NCBI RefSeq assembly: GCF_009914755.1
Contig: NC_060939.1
Strand: one strand, 5' to 3'
DNA from: the human T2T-CHM13v2.0 reference genome, Homo sapiens
DNA length: 64,000 bases
The translations under genes were made by a program, and so were the position numbers. Below, one piece after another: positions 26,110-41,609 of this stretch; the stretch's first letter is position 1; the number at the start of each line of letters is the position of its first letter. The notes beneath the pieces are model-generated. The model made no database searches. It was given only the letters and a program-made list of their open reading frames with translations, and had not been told where the DNA came from.

Positions 26110-26720
26110 TATTTTTTTAAAGATGACAAGTAATAGCAAGACTGTGGATGATATGGAGCCCTTATGTATTGCTAATTTAACTATGGAATACAGCAACCAC
26201 ATTAAGAAACTAGTAGTTTCTCAGAATGTTATACATATAATTCCTTGCAATTCCACTCCTGGGTATGTACCCACAAAAAGGAAAACACATGGCCACATAA
26301 AAGCTTGTGTGAATGTCCACAGCAGTGCTATTCATAATAGCCAAAATGCGAAAAAAACAAAAAACAAATATCTATCAACTCCTGAAAGGAGAAACAATAT
26401 GTAGTATATTCATACAATGAAATGTTCTAAAATCAAAGTAAATGAAATGATATGTACAGAATGAACCTCGAAATGTAAAGTGAAAGAATTCGGACACAAG
26501 AGACCACACATCACATGATTCTCTTTATAAGAAATATCCATAATTGGCAGATTCATGGAGATGGAAAAAGATTAAAGTTTAGCTAAGGCTGAGGGTGAGA
26601 ATATTCCAAAATTATATTGTGAATAGGGTTGCAAAAATCTATAAATCTATTAAAGTCATTGAATTATGCATCTAAAACATTTTATGATGGTATGCCAATT
26701 ATATATGAAGAAATTTTTAA
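26110..26720 (+). mobile_element. Old L1 3' end (L1ME/MC-like)
   Basis: GCAATTCCACTCCTGGGTAT, TATTCATAATAGCCAAAA and TATTCATACAATG motifs. Confidence 0.7.
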
Positions 26721-27046
26721 AAAAAATATTTAATGGATTTAAAAAATCGTATCTTGTATACCAATGATGTCTAAGGTTAAATTCATTATAATTATTTTAA
26801 TTTCTAATGCTAAGGACAATTTTTTCTTAATAGTATTGATTCATATCTTAAGGTCTGTTGTGTCCTATCCCTGTGTCATATGAGGACATTAAGAAAAAGA
26901 CTGAAAAACCACAGTTTCATTTTACTGATATCAAAAAGGACTTGTTGATAAAAGGAATCATAGAGCTCCTATTTTTTTCAAAATTATTCTTGATATTTTA
27001 TTTCGTTTAGTTGAAAATAATCTTGAAGTTCCCAAAACTTCACTGA

Positions 27047-27477
<431 letters not shown>

Positions 27478-27539
27478 ATAATATCTTAATGTGATTATTG
27501 ACACTATTGATTTTCAAATATTTAAATTACCTTTAATAA

Positions 27540-28560
27540 CTAGAATGAATCCTTCTTTGCATTTTTTAATCTTTTGTAGATTTGCATCAAAGATTATGAG
27601 CAACATGGATCTGTAATGTTCTTTCTTAAAAAGGTAATAGAATTTATTGTGAAACTCTCTGGTCCTAGAGTTTTTGTTTTAAGAAAATTGTTAATTGTAA
27701 TTAATTTCCTTTAATAGCTAGAGGGCTATTCATTTTTACCATTTACTTTTGTTTTACTTTTGATAATTTGTGGGTTTTCTAGAAAGTTAACCATTTCAAG
27801 TACATTTCCATATTAATGACCTAAGTTGTATATATCTTTCTACGATCTCATTAAAGTCTGTATGCATATTAAGGATGTCATCACTTTTTATTCTTCATAT
27901 TGGTTAGTTGAGTAATCATCATTTTTCTTCAGTGAACCTCACCAGAGGTTTATCAGTTTTACTAACTGTTTTCAAAAATTGATATATAATAGTTGTAAAT
28001 ATTTTGGGAGTACATGTGGTATTTTAATACCTGTATACGAATCCTTTTAAAGAACCAAACTCTCACTATTCTTCTTGTTATATGTTTGGACTTTAAAAAT
28101 TAATTTCTGTTATTTTTCTTATTTCCTTCATATATTTTATTTTGTTTAAATGTCTTATCTTTTTTGTAAATTTCTGAATTGAATAATTATGTCAGAGGAA
28201 ATCAGAATTTATCATTTTGTAATGTATTACATATTAGAAACATGTATTATATATCCTGTTATAAAATTTGCCCTAAAAAGCATTGCTTTTCAACTAGCAC
28301 ACAAAATTTTATATATAGCACCTTCATTATTAGTCAAATTAGAATATTTTCTGAATTATTTTGTATTTGTTCTTAGACATGTGGGTCATTTAGAAATATA
28401 GTTATTAATATCCAAATAAAGAATCTATTTTCTATTTATATTTTGTGATTTCTGGTTCCATTTCAATCTAGAGTCAGAATATACTCTGAATTATTTCGAT
28501 CTTTGGAATATGTGGGGACATGCTTTAAGTTCAATATGTCATAACTTTTTATATATTGCA
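27540..28560 (-). mobile_element. Highly diverged L1ME remnants
   Basis: T-rich antisense ORF2-like motifs (GTGAAAC..TCTGGTCCT, CCAGAGGTTTATCAGTTTT, AAAGAACCAAAC). Confidence 0.55.
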
Positions 28561-28566
28561 CACTCT

Positions 28567-29821
28567 AAAAAGAGGTGTAAATACTCCTACAACCACTTAG
28601 TTTTAAGATCGTAAAAGATATTGCTTGTAAACATTTTACTGATTTATCTATATTGTACTCAAATTTTCAACTAATCTTCTGGATACTTTTCTACAGATGT
28701 CAAGAATTAAACTACATTTATACGTTAATGTGGTTAACAGAATTTTGTCATATTGCTATGACAAAGTAGAGTGTTTTTACATACATCAATTATGTCAGTA
28801 GTATTAATAAGTGAATAAATATCTTTACATTACTGTGGTCTTTTCCCTTTGTTATTCAATCAATTACCTATCCACCCTCTCGTGGTCATATATATTAATG
28901 GACTTTCTAATCTTTTATGTAGGACATGAACTTCATTGTCTGGTCATGCAGGTATGATTGTACGACTGTACGACTGTACAATTTTCTTTACTGACTGCCT
29001 GAACATTTTGGAGGAGGAAAGGAACATGTAAAATTATGAGTATTTTTTTTAATGAAAATTGCTCATTCTCCAAGCACCAAATTCCAGTTAATTCTGTCCT
29101 TTTTCCCAGTGGCCTCAGCATGCAGATCTAAGTGTACGAATGGCACATGGTTTATGAGGATGCACCTCACTGGACCTTTTCCTGAAGAGGAAGGAGAAAA
29201 TAGGACTCCATCATTTTCATTTGACATTCTTCCCATGCCCTGTCTTCATTTTGACATTTTTCCCCTTTTTGGAAATGGGCCTTTTTCCTTTCTTGCGAAT
29301 GCATTTAAGAATTTAAGAATGCATTAAATTTTGCCTCTAAGCATGACTTTAAGTGCAACCTAAGTCTTTTAACATGTTATACACTCATTACTGTTCAGTT
29401 GAAAATATTTTCCAGTTTTCTTTGTGATTGCTTCTACCACCCACAGGTTATTTAGGTTACTTAAGGCCATCTTTTTTTTTCCCCTGAGCACTCACCACAT
29501 TAACTATTTCCTGTCTTTTAAGCATTTACTTCATGTATAGTAACCAGTTTCTATCCTTGTTCCGGATAAAAATACTAGCTTGAGATAAGTTATTTCATCT
29601 GACTACAAATTGGACATTAAGCATGTTTTGTATGTATAAAATACAGCAGTATGACAAAATTCTGTTAACCACCTTAAAGTTGAAATGTAGTTGAATTTTT
29701 GACATCTGTAGACAGAAGATTTCTTGAAAATTTCAGTGTTTGATTACAATATAGAAAAATCAGTATAAGCAGTATCTTTTATGATCTTTAAGTGGTTGTA
29801 GGAGTACTTACACCTCTTTTT
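28567..29821. repeat. Long inverted repeat: arms 28567-28757 and 29645-29821, ~890 bp spacer
   Basis: Arm 2 reverse complement shares AAAAAGAGGTGTAA.TACTCCTACAACCACTTA, CTACAGATGTCAA.AATT.AACTACATTT and GTGGTTAACAGAATTTTGTCATA with arm 1. Confidence 0.9.
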
Positions 29822-30339
29822 CATATTCATATTGAAATTTAAAGCCATTTTAAAGTAACTTTTTGTTATCCAGTTATTCACTCAGGGTGATCAGATGTCT
29901 ATTCAAAACAGCCAACAATGAGCTAAAGGAGTGCTGTTCCAGCCAGAATCCTACTGCTACCACAAGTGATGAAAGCACAAGAAATCCTCCACAAAGGTAT
30001 TCTACAACTAAACTTCTGAACTAAGGGTTGGAGAAAACTGGCTCTTTAAATTTCAAAATAAAAATCAGTTTGTCTATCAATATAAGGCAATAAATACTCA
30101 TTCACCACCTCTCATGTGCCAGTAATTTCTAGGGCCCCTATAGAAATCTGACTGCTGTGCACATAGAGGGACTGACACAAAGACTTCAGTCACAGGATTC
30201 TTTGGGTGGTTCTAAAATAGAAGAGACACTTACAGGTATCTTAAAGATCAGGCATCGTTCCAATCACTTTATAAGAATTAATGAATTATTATAAATTAAT
30301 TAATACAGCAAACCTGTGAACTAGTCGGTGTAATTCTTG

Positions 30340-30470
30340 CTGTTATTATTCCCGTTGTCAGATGGGATAAAAGAAGGTAACTAATTTGTGACAGGGGAAA
30401 GTCTCAGATAGTGACCAGTGGATTCAGGATTTAAACCCACAATGCCCGATTCTGGACACTCGCGTTTAAT
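30340..30470 (-). mobile_element. MIR fragment
   Basis: ATTATTCCCGTTGTCAGATGGG...GGATTTAAACCCA core-like sequence. Confidence 0.55.
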
Positions 30471-30475
30471 TTCTG

Positions 30476-30545
30476 CGGCCCTTGCAGCTGCCGGCGCAGG
30501 CGCTGCACCCAGCGCTGCTCCGCGCGCCCAGCCCCGCTGGGTCCT
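30476..30545 (-). ncRNA. MIR4508: MIR4508 precursor (mature GCGGGGCUGGGCGCGCG at 30521-30537)
   Basis: Reverse complement reads AGGACCCAGCGGGGCTGGGCGCGCGGAGCAGCGCTGGGTGCAGCGCC..., which I recognise as the annotated hairpin upstream of MKRN3. Confidence 0.85.
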
Positions 30546-31419
30546 GGACCCCGCCGGCAGCCGGCAGTGCCTAAAGGTTAGATCTGAAGGATAGGAGAGT
30601 GCTGAGAAGGATAATGCTTTTAGGCAATTAATTGTGTGTTCTTTAAATACGGACATGTTAACCACACGGGGCTAGGCAGCGCATGCCTGAGCTGTTTGGA
30701 GTAAAAAACTGCAGGACTTTGCAGCTTCTCTCCATCCTGCAGTTCACTTCTGAACTTGCTCCCTCCTCTTAGGATATTCTTAGACTGCCCGGACTTCACC
30801 TCAGCTCTGCCATCGCCCAGCCTTGCACTCATTCCATTCGGACCCCCAAATGCTGACCGGCCAGGGGATCCCATGCTACCCTGCAGACTGGTGTGTGCAC
30901 AAGGAAACCAGGTCCCAGCCTCTGAGGCTGTCAGTGTTTTGTTAGAAAAGAAGGCACAGCTGAGCCAAATAACTAGACAAATGACTAAATGTCTACTTTC
31001 TGAGAACTGTAAAAACAATATTGATGCTCAAAAAATATACATATGTATATATCATGGCAGGAATATAGACAATGGCAGTCAGAGGAAATGATCTCTGAAG
31101 ACATTTGGATAGGATGGGAACTAGTTTATTTTTCTCAAGATGCACTGCCCAGTTATTTCCAGTTATTCAATTTTTTATGGTATTTAAAATCATGGGATAC
31201 AATATTGGCTTATAACAGTTTATATGAAATATTGTCACGACAAAACTAAAAGATAAAGTCACTATCAGACTATAAGACATGAACACCAGTGGCAGCCACA
31301 CAGGTGGGCATTTGGAAGCAAACACTGCCTGGCACCAGCTGCATAGCCTTGGGCAGGTGAGGAAACATATGCTTCTCAGTTCCCTTGTGTTAGGAGATGA
31401 GATGGTCAAATATTGTATA

Positions 31420-31611
31420 GAACTTCACTCCAATGCAGTAACTACTAGCCTCATGTGGCTATTTAAATTTATAATTTAAAAAATGGACATTCATTTCCTC
31501 CGTCACTCTAGCCTCATTTCAAGTGCCCAAGAACCCCATGGGGCTAGCTTTCATACTGTACAGCATGCATATATATAAATTCTTCACAGAAAGTTCCTCT
31601 GGACAGTGCTG
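31420..31611. mobile_element. MER3/MER33-like hAT-Charlie DNA transposon
   Basis: CTAGCC.CATGTGGCTATTTAAATT, CATTTCAAGTGC and CAGAAAGTTC...GGACAGTGCTG end. Confidence 0.7.
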
Positions 31612-31640
31612 GTGCATCAAGAGAGGGTCAAATATGATTT

Positions 31641-31720
31641 AGATACAGTGCTGGGAAAATATCACAATTAAGCAAATAATAGATGCAGTGCTAGGAAAAT
31701 ATCACAATTAAGCCAGTAAT
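31641..31720. repeat. 40-bp tandem duplication
   Basis: AGATACAGTGCTGGGAAAATATCACAATTAAGCAAATAAT / AGATGCAGTGCTAGGAAAATATCACAATTAAGCCAGTAAT. Confidence 0.95.
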
Positions 31721-32099
31721 AATTTTATATTCAGGATTCTTATGTTTGTGAATTTGTAGAGAGCTTGGCGTAGAAGCCTGAGAGCTGTGCTGCAAGTCTT
31801 TTTCTTGTAAAAATCACTGGGGCTGACAAACAAATCCTGATAAAGAGAAAGTTTGTTTCAGAAAGTTCAAGTGAGGCAGACTTTGGGACAGCTTGCATGC
31901 AAAATATAAAACTTGGTAACTATGAAAAGGAGAAAGATAAATCCAACATTTCCTACATTCACGATGAATAATCAGCACCATTTTCAAATAATTATCAAAT
32001 TAGGAAAAGACTACCTTTTAAAAACATTGAGCCTTCTACTGACCGACTATAAAGACTATATATAAAGTATCCCACAATTTATTTAGGTCTTCTGAAGCT

Positions 32100-33290
32100 A
32101 AAATGTTTTTAATTTTATTGTATAACCTTAATTAGTTTAATTCCTAGGTTAGCTAACTTTTAATGTTGTTATGAATGTTATTAATTTTAAATGTTTACTT
32201 CAAATGTTATTGATGATAGAGAAATAAAAATGATTTTCATATATTGGACTCCTGTCCAGTGTCCTTGCTAAATGTACCTATTAAATCTAATAGCTTATCT
32301 GTAAATTATTCTCAATTTTCTGTTGCATTCCATCAATAATTTCTTTCCAGTTATAACATCTTTTATTTCTTTGCTATTACACTAGCTAGGACTTGCAATA
32401 ATAAATACAGATTTTTTTTGCCTTTAGATTTATTTCAGAGAGAAAGTTTTAGAGACCTTTATTTAGATAATTATCTAAATTACAGATGTAATTTAACAGA
32501 TCCATATTCACATGTATTTCTGCTCCTGTCATTTTTACTAATAGATGTTTCCACCAATATGACTATTTCATGTAACTTTTCAAGTTTTATCTCCTAACTT
32601 TGTTCCTGATATTCTCTAATGATTTTTAATGTCTGTTATTAATGTAGTGATAACATATTTGAAATTACTGATCTTGGGTATTAGAGCCTTCTTCATTTTT
32701 CCTTGATAAATTTCACCAGAAATTATCTGGCTTCAATAAGCAGTTTAAGGGATTTTACTTAATTTATTTCCCTTATTTAATATTTGTTTTTCTTCATTGC
32801 TTTTCTTGCCCTTATTATTTGCTTCATTCTGCTTTCATTGCTTTTACCTACTTAATTATAATTTAATTTGTTGACTTGGGTGATTATAAATATTCAGATA
32901 TGTTTCCACTTTACAGATTTAGGCAACAAAATTTCCTCAAAGAAACTTATAGAAAAAAAATCCAATAATATATAAAATGATATATCATGACAGAAGGGCT
33001 TCTTATTAGAAACAAATTGGTTAGTTAAATATTTGAAACTCATAGCTGCAAATAATCACATTAAGAGAATAAAGGGAAAAACAAAATTGTCTCAAAAAAT
33101 GTATAAAACTACATAACAGAATTCAGTATGCAGTCATGATACATACTCTCAGCAAAGTAGGAATACAAAAAAATGATTAATCTACTACATTTATCTGCAA
33201 AAATGACAAAACGCTCATACATGGAAATTAAAGACCATTCCTTTGTGGATAATATGGCACAGGATATGTTATGAAAGGCTGTCCTGCCAC
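32100..33290. mobile_element. Old L1 remnants, both orientations
   Basis: TGATTTTCATATATTG, TCCTTGCTAAAT..ACCTATTA (antisense) and A-rich sense-like segments. Confidence 0.45.
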
Positions 33291-33559
33291 AACACAGCAC
33301 AGATGGGGTTGAAAGAAAGGAAGGGAAACAAAGGGCTGCCATGAATTAAACCAGTAGAGAAAATAAAAGCCTGGGTCATGCAGGGGACAGTGTCTTATTA
33401 GGCCAGCATCAGGACTGGTTGAAGTCTGGCGCTTCTAACACAGTGGGAAAATGAGCATAGTAATCACAATAAAGAAAGACATCTGAAAGGTGCTAACTTA
33501 GCCTCGGATCAGAAGTGCTCTCTGCTAATGCCTTGCTGGTGAAAAGCGTATCCAGTGTA

Positions 33560-35720
<2,161 letters not shown>

Positions 35721-35999
35721 CATCGTGCTGTGGCATGTGGTCTAGTCTGCTGAGGTTCTGTCGTCTGCTATTGCCTGTTTTCCCTGTGTTGACACTCTTA
35801 CTGCTTTCAGGGGCTGTTGAGGCAGTGCTTCTGTTTTCTTGTCTATTCTGCATATCTTTCCCCCTAGGATTATGGTGATTATCTGTGTTAAAAAATAAGT
35901 CCTTAAAGTTACTGTTTTGGTGAAATTAATATTAATGTCAGCTTATGGCTTTTTTTTGTCATCTCTGTTGTCAACAGGATTAACTCAGTTCTAGTGTAG

Positions 36000-36256
36000 T
36001 GTTTACTGAATTTCCACACTTATTTTGAAGACCCTCAAGAGTAAATGTGGCAGAGTGAAAGGAGAAGTTTTAATTGAACTAGTAGCTTTGTGCTATAATA
36101 GCCTTAACAAATGGACCCTTGCAGGGCTTTGCAGCTGCTCATCTGTTTGTTTACAGTTTGTTCTTTCCCTCCTTCCCCTTCAAGTGCACTTGTTAAACTG
36201 TGATGAACTTGTGATTTTGTGTTTTACTTGACCAAAACCAAGTGTATATGTTTACA
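36000..36256 (+). promoter_or_regulatory. Three miR-30 seed matches in the MKRN3 3'UTR
   Basis: TGTTTAC at 36000-36006, TGTTTACA at 36148-36155 and TGTTTACA at 36249-36256. Confidence 0.8.
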
Positions 36257-36410
36257 TGTTTTTATCCTGTTTAGCTTGACATGAAATAATTTATATTTGG
36301 AAATATATATTTAAGAATTATATATATAAAAATATATATGTATAAGAGTTATGTATTTGAAAAAAATATATAAAAGAATATACATCACAATATAATATTT
36401 ATGTTTATGT

Positions 36411-36416
36411 AATAAA
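36411..36416 (+). terminator. MKRN3 polyadenylation signal
   Basis: AATAAA preceded by TGTA and an AU-rich tract, with GT-rich sequence downstream (~36460-36490). Confidence 0.8.
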
Positions 36417-36899
36417 GTAAATACAGAGCTGAAAGCTGAAGGTCAAAGCCTAACAGGATTGGCTGTTGTGTGGATGTGAGTTGTGTGAATAATCTTTCTG
36501 TCCCTCGCACAGAAGCCAGTAATTAGCATCTAATGAAAAGGACTGTTCAAGTGGGTCTGGCCAAATGTGACAGATGCAGATCTTAGAGGACTTACAAAGC
36601 ACTATATTGGTAATTCTTACAATGGCATTAATAGCTTACTCTATAAATACAGAAATGGTTTTCCTATGCAGTTTAGCCACCTTCTCATTAATTCTTTGTA
36701 ACAGCAAATCCTAGGCTCAGAGGCACAGTGCTTTGTATTTGATATACAAAGTCTCTAGACTTTCCCAACAAGGGGCTTTTGACAAAAGAGTTCAACATAA
36801 AAGTAACAAGATTATAAAAGGGAAAATAGAACAAAAATATTAAAACCAATGAGAATAAAAGAATGGAAAGATAAAATAATAAAATATAGAAAGCACTAA

Positions 36900-37400
36900 A
36901 AACTAAGTGTAAGAGTAATATAGAAAATTTACATACAACTTAATTAGATTAAATGAAAGCAGTTTAAAGACTGAAAGTCAAAGGCTATAAGACTTCATTA
37001 CAATCAGAATGAAACATCCTGTTTAAAATACACACAACATGAAAATACAGAAACACTCAAAGTAGTAGGATGGGAAAAAGCCGAACAGGTGCTGTGACTC
37101 TCTTGATTGTAGACAAAGTTTATAGTAAGGATAAACACTTTGCTGGAGATAAAAAGGAATGGTACATAAACATTAAATTGTAATTCACAGGAATATATAA
37201 CTTCAAATTTTGTATACATTTAATAACATTGTATCAGATACACAACTGATGAAAATCCTAAATCCAGACTCTTAGTGGACAATTTTAATACATCTTTTTA
37301 GTAACCAAACAAGCAAAGAAAAAATGAATGTGAAAGAGAATGATGCCATTTTAATGATTTACCTGTACAACGTATGATCTGCATCAACTGCAAATGCACT
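36900..37400 (+). mobile_element. Diverged L1 ORF2 5' remnant
   Basis: A-rich sequence with AAAGTA..AGGATGGGAAAA endonuclease-region motif. Confidence 0.5.
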
Positions 37401-38419
37401 TATCTTGGCTGAAGTAGCTGAAAAATATGCTGGGAGTCTGAATCTTGAGTCCCAGGTTATTCACACTGTCCTGACTGTCCAACAAAGATGGCACATTTAC
37501 AGAGTTTATACCATGTACTTTGCATGCAAAAGGATGAATTTGTCAGAACTACCTAATGTGGTACTTGCTATAGTTTTTCTCATTATCATGATGAGGTAAA
37601 TAATAGAGAATTTAAAGGTTTTGCCCGTAGAGTTTACGACCCATAGCTGTGAATTAGTGGAACAAAGACTGGAACTCAAGCAGTATTTGTCCAGAGCACT
37701 CGCACTTACCATGTTCACTAGGAGCAGGTCGACCAGCTGAATGTAGCTGCTGGAGATGCAAGTACAGCCTTTAAATATGGATGATTCAGCCAAGTGGAGC
37801 AAAGATGGACTTGAATAAGCTCCCACAGAATGTAGGAGCCATGGGGCTTTTATCTATAGGCTGCCAGCTCAGTGATTTTAGTCCACTGCTTCAGAGTGTG
37901 CCTCAGCCTCCTATACTTTTACATTGCCTCTTCCTTCTTACATGACTCCTGGTTCTCCTATTAAGTACCTCAGCCTATTTGCCTGGACCTTTTGCCATAT
38001 TCCTTTCCTCTTGATTCCTCTTAGCCAAAGAATTCACCAATCAGGACACCCTTGATGCCTGACTATCACTGGCATGCAAGGTGAGTGACAGATTCCAAAT
38101 AAATTCCAAACATCTGAGGTCCCTGCCCTGCAGTCGTGCAGGAGAAAGAGAGATTAGATGAACTAAACAACCAAAGAATGAGACCAGATGGTGCACTCTC
38201 AAAGACTGTGCCAACACCAAAGTCTCAGAAAATAGTGGCAAAGCTTTCAGAGAGGGGTTTTTAAGCTGAGCCCAGAAAGCTGTGGAAAGTTTCTCCAAAT
38301 GTACACTTCCCTGCATTGTGAAATATTGTGTTTTTATTCAAATAGTATCTTGAACCAGATAATCATAAAGTTCAGTATTTATAGTAGGACAATCGTCAGT
38401 AGAAAATAAAGTGGCTTGA

Positions 38420-38600
38420 GAGACCAAGGATAGTTAGAATCCTGACTCTGCTTCTTACCAGCCATTCAGTTTCACAGTCTAAGCAAGTTACTTAAATTTT
38501 CTGTACTTCAGTTTCTTCATATGAGAAATGGGTACAGTTCCACCTACTTTTGCAGGATTGTTGTGAGGATCAAATGTAGTCTGGACAAAAAGCTTGAAAC
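38420..38600 (+). mobile_element. MIR
   Basis: GAATCCTGACTCTGC, GCAAGTTACTTAA, CAGTTTCTTCAT.TG..AAATGGG and GGATTGTTGTGAGGAT. Confidence 0.8.
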
Positions 38601-39754
38601 ATAGGTTTTTTTTTTTTTTAGTGATTATATATAGATGTGAGATTTGTGCATATTTTTGGACATGAAAAGGTGATTGCACAGAAATTAATCACCAAGATTT
38701 TCTTTTTGAGAATCTCTGGAACTTGTATTAATGTAATGTTATCATTTAATGATTATTTTGGTAAGCAAGGGGTATATTACCCTCACATTCATAATTTCAA
38801 AAAGATGAAGTATTTTTTCAGCAAAAATTATTCATTTGAAACTAAATATGTGCTATTCAGTTACTTAAAATATAACAAAAGAAATACATATTTTTGGCAG
38901 AGTTCTAGGTGAGGAAAATAACAAAGGGACATTTTTAGAATATATGGGATTCCTTGTTCCCTCATCAGTTCATTCAGAAAAATGTCAAATAACAGAAGTA
39001 TTACTGCCACCAGGTCTGGGTGAAATGTTACCAAGGGCTTTCCCACGATCTGACCACTCCCCTGCTGCAGTCAGGAACAAAGAAGCCTTTGCCACACAAA
39101 GGTCTGCTCTGTGAGTGATTCAGAGTGTGTGCTGGCCCTCGCCCCTATGAGGACTCAAGGACTCAGCCCTGGGGTCCACAAAAATGGTATCATTTCAGCT
39201 ACAACTTAAAAAGCCTAAAACAAGTCAGGTTTGCTTTGCTTAGGTTTCATGTGTCTCGATTTGATGGATATCCACACATGCAAATATACTAAGAGAAATT
39301 TACCTAGTAATTCCTCCCCTTTGAAGATATGGAAATCACTTTGTCTCATGGCTCACATGTCACTAAATCAATTCACTGAATTTCACTGACAGGGAAACAT
39401 TTTCAGTCTGTGGTCTATGTCCATATGCTCTTCCATTTTACAGTTTTCCAAATGTCATAGAGGCATGGTTTCTGTTGCCACAACTAATACTAAACTACAA
39501 CTTCAGTGCGGGATAGAGTTAGGGTAGGGCTGGGAACAGGGATGTGTGGGAAATAAGCCAGTACTAGTGCAAAGAAGTAAACTAATTCATGTCAATTTTT
39601 GCCTTGAAAATATATATCACATTTTCCAATATTAATGGAACAATAACAAAAATAATTGTGAAATAGAGTACAGTGAAACTGTCAATTAGATCTAGATATA
39701 AAAGTAGTACAGGCAACATTTTCTGAGGTCAATATAAGAAAATAAGCTACTACC

Positions 39755-40145
<391 letters not shown>

Positions 40146-40819
40146 TTAGAAGAATATAATATGACAATGACAAATTATACACACCGTAATATACAGGATA
40201 CTTCTGGATCTGTACTCAGAGTATAACTCCTAATTTTAAATACTAATGTATATTGTCTTAAAAACAAAGAGCCTAATTAACTAGGTATTCAAACCTAAAT
40301 TTTAAAAAGACCACAACATGAACACATGCACACATATACACAAACACATACAAACACAACTAAAGTAAGCAGGAGGAATTAGGAAATATTAAACTAAAAA
40401 TTTGTTGAACAGAGAATGAAAATGTAAAGGCTGATTTTTTTTTTGTAAAAATAATTAGTAAACAGATAAACCACTAACTTAAAAAATAAAGGATAAAGTG
40501 CAATTAAAATAGGAAATGTTAATCAGAGGTAATTAGAGCTAAAAAGACACTAAAGAAATGGGAAATAAATCCTTGTTATACCTGAGGGAAATGTACTTGA
40601 AAATATGAAACAAAATTTAACAGTTTCAACATAAATATAAATTTCCAAACATCAATCCAGAAGACAAATCTAAACGAACCTATTACTAACAACAACAAAA
40701 AAAGAAGTTGTCTAAAATTCACTTACTCCCTACTCCACACAGAAAGAAACAGAAGACATTATCCCCTGAAATTTACTTAAACATTTAATTAAATATATTG
40801 CAATGCTGTATAAACCATT

Positions 40820-41408
40820 TCTTAGTCCATTTGAGCTACTGTTAAAAAATATCATAAACTAGGTGGCTTATAAGCAACATAAATTTATTTCTCACAGTTC
40901 TGGAGGCTGAGAGGTTTAAGAGCATGGCACCGGCAGCTTGGTTCATAGATGACCATCTTCTTAGTGTCCTCACATAGTGGAAGGCACTACCAACCTCATT
41001 GGGACCCCTTTAATTGTGCTGTTTTAATGTACAATAAAATGTATTAAAAACTAAATAATTACATAAATATATTTGTTTTCTTTTTTATGGGTAGTTTGTT
41101 TTTCAGTGGAGAAGTGCTTGAAGCAATGTCATATGATAACGTTATAGTGAAAGTTTTATGCAAGTTCATCAAGAATACAATACAAACGATGAGGGAATCA
41201 CAGTTGTGGGGGCTTAGACACAAAGCTGTATATACCATTTGAGCTGGCAAATTGGAACCTCTTTTATTAAGGGCACTAATTCCACATATGAGGCCTCCAC
41301 CGTCATGACTCCAACACCTTCCAAAGGTCCCATCTCCTAATACCATTACCTTAGAGATTAGATTTCACCGTAGAAATTTTGGAGATACACAGACATTCAG
41401 TATACAGA
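40820..41408 (-). mobile_element. MLT1A/MSTC-like LTR split by a 235-bp insert
   Basis: TCTTAGTCCATTTG.GCT, TTTATTTCTCACAGTTCTGGAGGCTG, and after the insert AAGGGCACTAAT...AAAGGTCCCATCTCCTAATACCAT. Confidence 0.78.
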
Positions 41409-41609
41409 ACTGCTATGGTATGGATATGGTTTATTTAGCCCGCCAAGTCTCCTGTTGAAATTTGATCCACAGTGTTGGAGGTGGGGCCCAGTAGGAGGTG
41501 TTTGAGTAATGGGAGCAGATCCTTCATGAATGGCTTGCTGCTCTCCTCACGAAAGTGAGTGAATTTTCACTCTGAATTCCCATTAGAACTGGTTGTTGAA
41601 AAGAGCCTA

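Noticed and set aside
30381-31091. 94-132 aa ORFs near MIR4508
   Set aside because: No domain signature; explained by local GC richness.
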